A DNA stretch of 38,449 nt from Escherichia phage T7: the sequence record LR745706. One strand, written 5' to 3'. Position numbers and translations under genes: made by a program. Shown here in pieces: positions 33,501-38,449 of this stretch (position 1 is its first letter; the number at the start of each line of letters is the position of its first letter). The notes under the pieces were generated by a model. The model was not told the origin of the DNA and did no database searches. It saw only the letters and a program-made list of their open reading frames with translations.

Positions 33501-34552
33501 TAGGGACCTTGAAGTATTCAACACAGGAACTGGCTGCTCGCTCTCCGTGGACTAAGCTACTGAACGGAACCACTAACTACCTTCTGGATGCTGCGCGTCA
33601 AGGTATGCTTGGGGATGTTATTAGTGCCACCCTAACAGGTAAGACTACCCGCTGGGAGAAAGAAGGCTTCCTTCGTGGTGCCTCCGTAACTCCTGAGCAG
33701 ATGGCTGGCATCAAGTCTCTCATCAAGGAACATATGGTACGCGGTGAGGACGGGAAGTTTACCGTTAAGGACAAGCAAGCGTTCTCTATGGACCCACGGG
33801 CTATGGACTTATGGAGACTGGCTGACAAGGTAGCTGATGAGGCAATGCTGCGTCCACATAAGGTGTCCTTACAGGATTCCCATGCGTTCGGAGCACTAGG
33901 TAAGATGGTTATGCAGTTTAAGTCTTTCACTATCAAGTCCCTTAACTCTAAGTTCCTGCGAACCTTCTATGATGGATACAAGAACAACCGAGCGATTGAC
34001 GCTGCGCTGAGCATCATCACCTCTATGGGTCTCGCTGGTGGTTTCTATGCTATGGCTGCACACGTCAAAGCATACGCTCTGCCTAAGGAGAAACGTAAGG
34101 AGTACTTGGAGCGTGCACTGGACCCAACCATGATTGCCCACGCTGCGTTATCTCGTAGTTCTCAATTGGGTGCTCCTTTGGCTATGGTTGACCTAGTTGG
34201 TGGTGTTTTAGGGTTCGAGTCCTCCAAGATGGCTCGCTCTACGATTCTACCTAAGGACACCGTGAAGGAACGTGACCCAAACAAACCGTACACCTCTAGA
34301 GAGGTAATGGGCGCTATGGGTTCAAACCTTCTGGAACAGATGCCTTCGGCTGGCTTTGTGGCTAACGTAGGGGCTACCTTAATGAATGCTGCTGGCGTGG
34401 TCAACTCACCTAATAAAGCAACCGAGCAGGACTTCATGACTGGTCTTATGAACTCCACAAAAGAGTTAGTACCGAACGACCCATTGACTCAACAGCTTGT
34501 GTTGAAGATTTATGAGGCGAACGGTGTTAACTTGAGGGAGCGTAGGAAATAA
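30596..34552 (+). CDS. 16: Internal virion protein D (gp16) with N-terminal lytic transglycosylase domain
   Basis: ORF track 1318 aa; N-terminal SLT-like motifs (TESRFVPTAKSKTGPLGMMQF...AYNQGEG). Confidence 0.97.
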   Translation: MDKYDKNVPSDYDGLFQKAADANGVSYDLLRKVAWTESRFVPTAKSKTGPLGMMQFTKATAKALGLRVTDGPDDDRLNPELAINAAAKQLAGLVGKFDGDELKAALAYNQGEGRLGNPQLEAYSKGDFASISEEGRNYMRNLLDVAKSPMAGQLETFGGITPKGKGIPAEVGLAGIGHKQKVTQELPESTSFDVKGIEQEATAKPFAKDFWETHGETLDEYNSRSTFFGFKNAAEAELSNSVAGMAFRAGRLDNGFDVFKDTITPTRWNSHIWTPEELEKIRTEVKNPAYINVVTGGSPENLDDLIKLANENFENDSRAAEAGLGAKLSAGIIGAGVDPLSYVPMVGVTGKGFKLINKALVVGAESAALNVASEGLRTSVAGGDADYAGAALGGFVFGAGMSAISDAVAAGLKRSKPEAEFDNEFIGPMMRLEARETARNANSADLSRMNTENMKFEGEHNGVPYEDLPTERGAVVLHDGSVLSASNPINPKTLKEFSEVDPEKAARGIKLAGFTEIGLKTLGSDDADIRRVAIDLVRSPTGMQSGASGKFGATASDIHERLHGTDQRTYNDLYKAMSDAMKDPEFSTGGAKMSREETRYTIYRRAALAIERPELQKALTPSERIVMDIIKRHFDTKRELMENPAIFGNTKAVSIFPESRHKGTYVPHVYDRHAKALMIQRYGAEGLQEGIARSWMNSYVSRPEVKARVDEMLKELHGVKEVTPEMVEKYAMDKAYGISHSDQFTNSSIIEENIEGLVGIENNSFLEARNLFDSDLSITMPDGQQFSVNDLRDFDMFRIMPAYDRRVNGDIAIMGSTGKTTKELKDEILALKAKAEGDGKKTGEVHALMDTVKILTGRARRNQDTVWETSLRAINDLGFFAKNAYMGAQNITEIAGMIVTGNVRALGHGIPILRDTLYKSKPVSAKELKELHASLFGKEVDQLIRPKRADIVQRLREATDTGPAVANIVGTLKYSTQELAARSPWTKLLNGTTNYLLDAARQGMLGDVISATLTGKTTRWEKEGFLRGASVTPEQMAGIKSLIKEHMVRGEDGKFTVKDKQAFSMDPRAMDLWRLADKVADEAMLRPHKVSLQDSHAFGALGKMVMQFKSFTIKSLNSKFLRTFYDGYKNNRAIDAALSIITSMGLAGGFYAMAAHVKAYALPKEKRKEYLERALDPTMIAHAALSRSSQLGAPLAMVDLVGGVLGFESSKMARSTILPKDTVKERDPNKPYTSREVMGAMGSNLLEQMPSAGFVANVGATLMNAAGVVNSPNKATEQDFMTGLMNSTKELVPNDPLTQQLVLKIYEANGVNLRERRK

Positions 34553-34572
34553 TACGACTCACTATAGGGAGA
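34550..34572 (+). promoter_or_regulatory. T7 promoter phi17 (class III), here driving trxA
   Basis: taatacgactcactatagggaga followed by the native gene 17 leader gaggcgaaataatcttctccctgtagtctcttagatttactttaaggaggtcaaATG. Confidence 0.92.
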
Positions 34573-34624
34573 GGCGAAATAATCTTCTCCCTGTAGTCTC
34601 TTAGATTTACTTTAAGGAGGTCAA

Positions 34625-34954
34625 ATGAGCGATAAAATCATTCACCTGACCGATGACTCTTTTGATACCGACGTGCTGAAAGCTGATGGTGCAATTCTGG
34701 TTGATTTCTGGGCAGAGTGGTGCGGCCCTTGCAAAATGATCGCTCCAATCCTGGACGAAATTGCGGACGAATATCAGGGTAAGCTGACTGTGGCCAAACT
34801 GAACATTGACCAGAACCCTGGCACCGCACCGAAATACGGTATCCGTGGCATCCCAACTCTGCTGCTGTTCAAAAACGGTGAAGTGGCAGCAACCAAAGTA
34901 GGCGCTCTGTCTAAAGGCCAACTGAAAGAGTTCCTGGACGCCAACCTGGCTTAA
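34625..34954 (+). CDS. trxA: Thioredoxin 1 (E. coli TrxA protein), at the position normally occupied by tail-fibre gene 17
   Basis: ORF track 109 aa, [109 protein letters not shown], which I recognise as E. coli thioredoxin with the WCGPC active site. It uses the gene 17 promoter and ribosome-binding site. No gp17-like ORF exists anywhere in the window. Confidence 0.97.
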
Positions 34955-35015
34955 TGATTGGTAAATCACAAGGAAAGACGTGTAGTCCACGGATGGACTC
35001 TCAAGGAGGTACAAG

Positions 35016-35219
35016 GTGCTATCATTAGACTTTAACAACGAATTGATTAAGGCTGCTCCAATTGTTGGGACGGGTGTAGCAGATGTTAGTGCTCGACTGT
35101 TCTTTGGGTTAAGCCTTAACGAATGGTTCTACGTTGCTGCTATCGCCTACACAGTGGTTCAGATTGGTGCCAAGGTAGTCGATAAGATGATTGACTGGAA
35201 GAAAGCCAATAAGGAGTGA
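35016..35219 (+). CDS. 17.5: Holin (gp17.5)
   Basis: ORF track 67 aa with a GTG start; MLSLDFNNELIKAAPIVGTGVADVSARLFFGLSLNEWFYVAAIAYTVVQIGAK, one hydrophobic segment. Confidence 0.9.
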   Translation: MLSLDFNNELIKAAPIVGTGVADVSARLFFGLSLNEWFYVAAIAYTVVQIGAKVVDKMIDWKKANKE

Positions 35220-35224
35220 TATGT

Positions 35225-35494
35225 ATGGAAAAGGATAAGAGCCTTATTACATTCTTAGAGATGTTGGACACTGCGATGGCTCAGCGTATGCTTGCGGACC
35301 TTTCGGACCATGAGCGTCGCTCTCCGCAACTCTATAATGCTATTAACAAACTGTTAGACCGCCACAAGTTCCAGATTGGTAAGTTGCAGCCGGATGTTCA
35401 CATCTTAGGTGGCCTTGCTGGTGCTCTTGAAGAGTACAAAGAGAAAGTCGGTGATAACGGTCTTACGGATGATGATATTTACACATTACAGTGA
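35225..35494 (+). CDS. 18: Terminase small subunit (gp18)
   Basis: MEKDKSLITFLEMLDTAMAQRM... in-frame ATG inside ORF 35216..35494; 89 aa. Confidence 0.88.
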   Translation: MEKDKSLITFLEMLDTAMAQRMLADLSDHERRSPQLYNAINKLLDRHKFQIGKLQPDVHILGGLAGALEEYKEKVGDNGLTDDDIYTLQ

Positions 35495-35495
35495 T

Positions 35496-35545
35496 ATACT
35501 CAAGGCCACTACAGATAGTGGTCTTTATGGATGTCATTGTCTATA
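35496..35545 (+). promoter_or_regulatory. RNase III processing hairpin R18.5
   Basis: atactcaaggccactacagatagtggtctttatggatg motif. Confidence 0.6.
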
Positions 35546-35588
35546 CGAGATGCTCCTACGTGAAATCTGAAAGTTAACGGGAGGCATT

Positions 35589-36020
35589 ATGCTAGAATTT
35601 TTACGTAAGCTAATCCCTTGGGTTCTCGCTGGGATGCTATTCGGGTTAGGATGGCATCTAGGGTCAGACTCAATGGACGCTAAATGGAAACAGGAGGTAC
35701 ACAATGAGTACGTTAAGAGAGTTGAGGCTGCGAAGAGCACTCAAAGAGCAATCGATGCGGTATCTGCTAAGTATCAAGAAGACCTTGCCGCGCTGGAAGG
35801 GAGCACTGATAGGATTATTTCTGATTTGCGTAGCGACAATAAGCGGTTGCGCGTCAGAGTCAAAACTACCGGAACCTCCGATGGTCAGTGTGGATTCGAG
35901 CCTGATGGTCGAGCCGAACTTGACGACCGAGATGCTAAACGTATTCTCGCAGTGACCCAGAAGGGTGACGCATGGATTCGTGCGTTACAGGATACTATTC
36001 GTGAACTGCAACGTAAGTAG
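35589..36020 (+). CDS. 18.5: i-spanin (Rz-like, gp18.5)
   Basis: ORF track 143 aa; N-terminal transmembrane segment then a charged coiled-coil-like region. Confidence 0.9.
   Translation: MLEFLRKLIPWVLAGMLFGLGWHLGSDSMDAKWKQEVHNEYVKRVEAAKSTQRAIDAVSAKYQEDLAALEGSTDRIISDLRSDNKRLRVRVKTTGTSDGQCGFEPDGRAELDDRDAKRILAVTQKGDAWIRALQDTIRELQRK
35704..35955 (+). CDS. 18.7: o-spanin (Rz1-like lipoprotein, gp18.7), embedded in gene 18.5 in another frame
   Basis: ORF track 83 aa with the lipobox-like LICVATISGCAS; fully nested within 18.5. Confidence 0.8.
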   Translation: MSTLRELRLRRALKEQSMRYLLSIKKTLPRWKGALIGLFLICVATISGCASESKLPEPPMVSVDSSLMVEPNLTTEMLNVFSQ

Positions 36021-36041
36021 GAAATCAAGTAAGGAGGCAAT

Positions 36042-37802
36042 GTGTCTACTCAATCCAATCGTAATGCGCTCGTAGTGGCGCAACTGAAAGGAGACTTCGT
36101 GGCGTTCCTATTCGTCTTATGGAAGGCGCTAAACCTACCGGTGCCCACTAAGTGTCAGATTGACATGGCTAAGGTGCTGGCGAATGGAGACAACAAGAAG
36201 TTCATCTTACAGGCTTTCCGTGGTATCGGTAAGTCGTTCATCACATGTGCGTTCGTTGTGTGGTCCTTATGGAGAGACCCTCAGTTGAAGATACTTATCG
36301 TATCAGCCTCTAAGGAGCGTGCAGACGCTAACTCCATCTTTATTAAGAACATCATTGACCTGCTGCCATTCCTATCTGAGTTAAAGCCAAGACCCGGACA
36401 GCGTGACTCGGTAATCAGCTTTGATGTAGGCCCAGCCAATCCTGACCACTCTCCTAGTGTGAAATCAGTAGGTATCACTGGTCAGTTAACTGGTAGCCGT
36501 GCTGACATTATCATTGCGGATGACGTTGAGATTCCGTCTAACAGCGCAACTATGGGTGCCCGTGAGAAGCTATGGACTCTGGTTCAGGAGTTCGCTGCGT
36601 TACTTAAACCGCTGCCTTCCTCTCGCGTTATCTACCTTGGTACACCTCAGACAGAGATGACTCTCTATAAGGAACTTGAGGATAACCGTGGGTACACAAC
36701 CATTATCTGGCCTGCTCTGTACCCAAGGACACGTGAAGAGAACCTCTATTACTCACAGCGTCTTGCTCCTATGTTACGCGCTGAGTACGATGAGAACCCT
36801 GAGGCACTTGCTGGGACTCCAACAGACCCAGTGCGCTTTGACCGTGATGACCTGCGCGAGCGTGAGTTGGAATACGGTAAGGCTGGCTTTACGCTACAGT
36901 TCATGCTTAACCCTAACCTTAGTGATGCCGAGAAGTACCCGCTGAGGCTTCGTGACGCTATCGTAGCGGCCTTAGACTTAGAGAAGGCCCCAATGCATTA
37001 CCAGTGGCTTCCGAACCGTCAGAACATCATTGAGGACCTTCCTAACGTTGGCCTTAAGGGTGATGACCTGCATACGTACCACGATTGTTCCAACAACTCA
37101 GGTCAGTACCAACAGAAGATTCTGGTCATTGACCCTAGTGGTCGCGGTAAGGACGAAACAGGTTACGCTGTGCTGTACACACTGAACGGTTACATCTACC
37201 TTATGGAAGCTGGAGGTTTCCGTGATGGCTACTCCGATAAGACCCTTGAGTTACTCGCTAAGAAGGCAAAGCAATGGGGAGTCCAGACGGTTGTCTACGA
37301 GAGTAACTTCGGTGACGGTATGTTCGGTAAGGTATTCAGTCCTATCCTTCTTAAACACCACAACTGTGCGATGGAAGAGATTCGTGCCCGTGGTATGAAA
37401 GAGATGCGTATTTGCGATACCCTTGAGCCAGTCATGCAGACTCACCGCCTTGTAATTCGTGATGAGGTCATTAGGGCCGACTACCAGTCCGCTCGTGACG
37501 TAGACGGTAAGCATGACGTTAAGTACTCGTTGTTCTACCAGATGACCCGTATCACTCGTGAGAAAGGCGCTCTGGCTCATGATGACCGATTGGATGCCCT
37601 TGCGTTAGGCATTGAGTATCTCCGTGAGTCCATGCAGTTGGATTCCGTTAAGGTCGAGGGTGAAGTACTTGCTGACTTCCTTGAGGAACACATGATGCGT
37701 CCTACGGTTGCTGCTACGCATATCATTGAGATGTCTGTGGGAGGAGTTGATGTGTACTCTGAGGACGATGAGGGTTACGGTACGTCTTTCATTGAGTGGT
37801 GA
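36042..37802 (+). CDS. 19: Terminase large subunit (gp19)
   Basis: ORF track 586 aa. Confidence 0.97.
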
Positions 37803-37883
37803 TTTATGCATTAGGACTGCATAGGGATGCACTATAGACCACGGATGGTCAGTTCTTTAAGTTACTGAAAAGACACGATAAAT

Positions 37884-37906
37884 TAATACGACTCACTATA
37901 GGGAGA
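37884..37906 (+). promoter_or_regulatory. T7 promoter phiOR
   Basis: attaatacgactcactatagggagag. Confidence 0.9.
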
Positions 37907-38060
37907 GGAGGGACGAAAGGTTACTATATAGATACTGAATGAATACTTATAGAGTGCATAAAGTATGCATAATGGTGTACCTAGAGTGACCTCTAAGAAT
38001 GGTGATTATATTGTATTAGTATCACCTTAACTTAAGGACCAACATAAAGGGAGGAGACTC

Positions 38061-38210
38061 ATGTTCCGCTTATTGTTGAACCTACTGCGGCATAGAGTCA
38101 CCTACCGATTTCTTGTGGTACTTTGTGCTGCCCTTGGGTACGCATCTCTTACTGGAGACCTCAGTTCACTGGAGTCTGTCGTTTGCTCTATACTCACTTG
38201 TAGCGATTAG
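38061..38210 (+). CDS. 19.5: gp19.5 small hydrophobic protein
   Basis: ATG after GGGAGGAG; 49 codons (MFRLLLNLLRHRVTYRFLVVLCAALGYASL...). Confidence 0.65.
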   Translation: MFRLLLNLLRHRVTYRFLVVLCAALGYASLTGDLSSLESVVCSILTCSD

Positions 38211-38269
38211 GGTCTTCCTGACCGACTGATGGCTCACCGAGGGATTCAGCGGTATGATTGCATCACACC

Positions 38270-38449
38270 ACTTCATCCCTATAGAGTCAAGTCCTAAGGT
38301 ATACCCATAAAGAGCCTCTAATGGTCTATCCTAAGGTCTATACCTAAAGATAGGCCATCCTATCAGTGTCACCTAAAGAGGGTCTTAGAGAGGGCCTATG
38401 GAGTTCCTATAGGGTCCTTTAAAATATACCATAAAAATCTGAGTGACTA
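38270..38449 (+). repeat. Right-end short repeat region (CCTAAAG / CCTAAGG / CCTATAG units) before the right terminal repeat
   Basis: tcctaaggtatacccataaagagcc...tatcctaaggtctatacctaaagataggcc...tcacctaaagagg; the window ends where the right terminal repeat would start. Confidence 0.7.

Noticed and set aside
34573-35015. Recombinase scars (loxP, FRT, att), selection cassettes or a separate promoter around the trxA insert
   Set aside because: Neither flank contains inverted-repeat recombination sites or non-T7 bases; the flanks read as native phi17 leader and native gene 17/17.5 intergenic sequence.
36688-37398. Small ORFs inside gene 19 in alternative frames (reference genes 19.2 and 19.3)
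   Set aside because: No independent evidence of expression can be read from the sequence; they are embedded in the terminase large subunit gene.

Overview
This window is essentially the complete bacteriophage T7 genome (Autographiviridae, Escherichia phage), running from base 1 of the left terminal repeat to the base just before the right terminal repeat would begin. All genes are on the + strand in the canonical T7 order, with 17 T7 RNA polymerase promoters, the early E. coli promoters A1-A3, the TE and Tphi terminators and a family of RNase III processing hairpins. The one clearly non-native element is at the tail-fibre locus: the gene 17 coding sequence is absent and a 109-codon ORF encoding E. 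coli thioredoxin (TrxA) sits in its place, behind the native phi17 promoter and gene 17 ribosome-binding site and in front of the native gene 17.5 region. I read this as an engineered T7 (tail-fibre deletion marked with trxA), not a natural undescribed system. I found no CRISPR array, tRNA, transposon or novel defence-like cassette. Identifications rest on recognising protein sequences and promoter consensus by eye and on T7 reference coordinates recalled from memory; no alignment or search was run.
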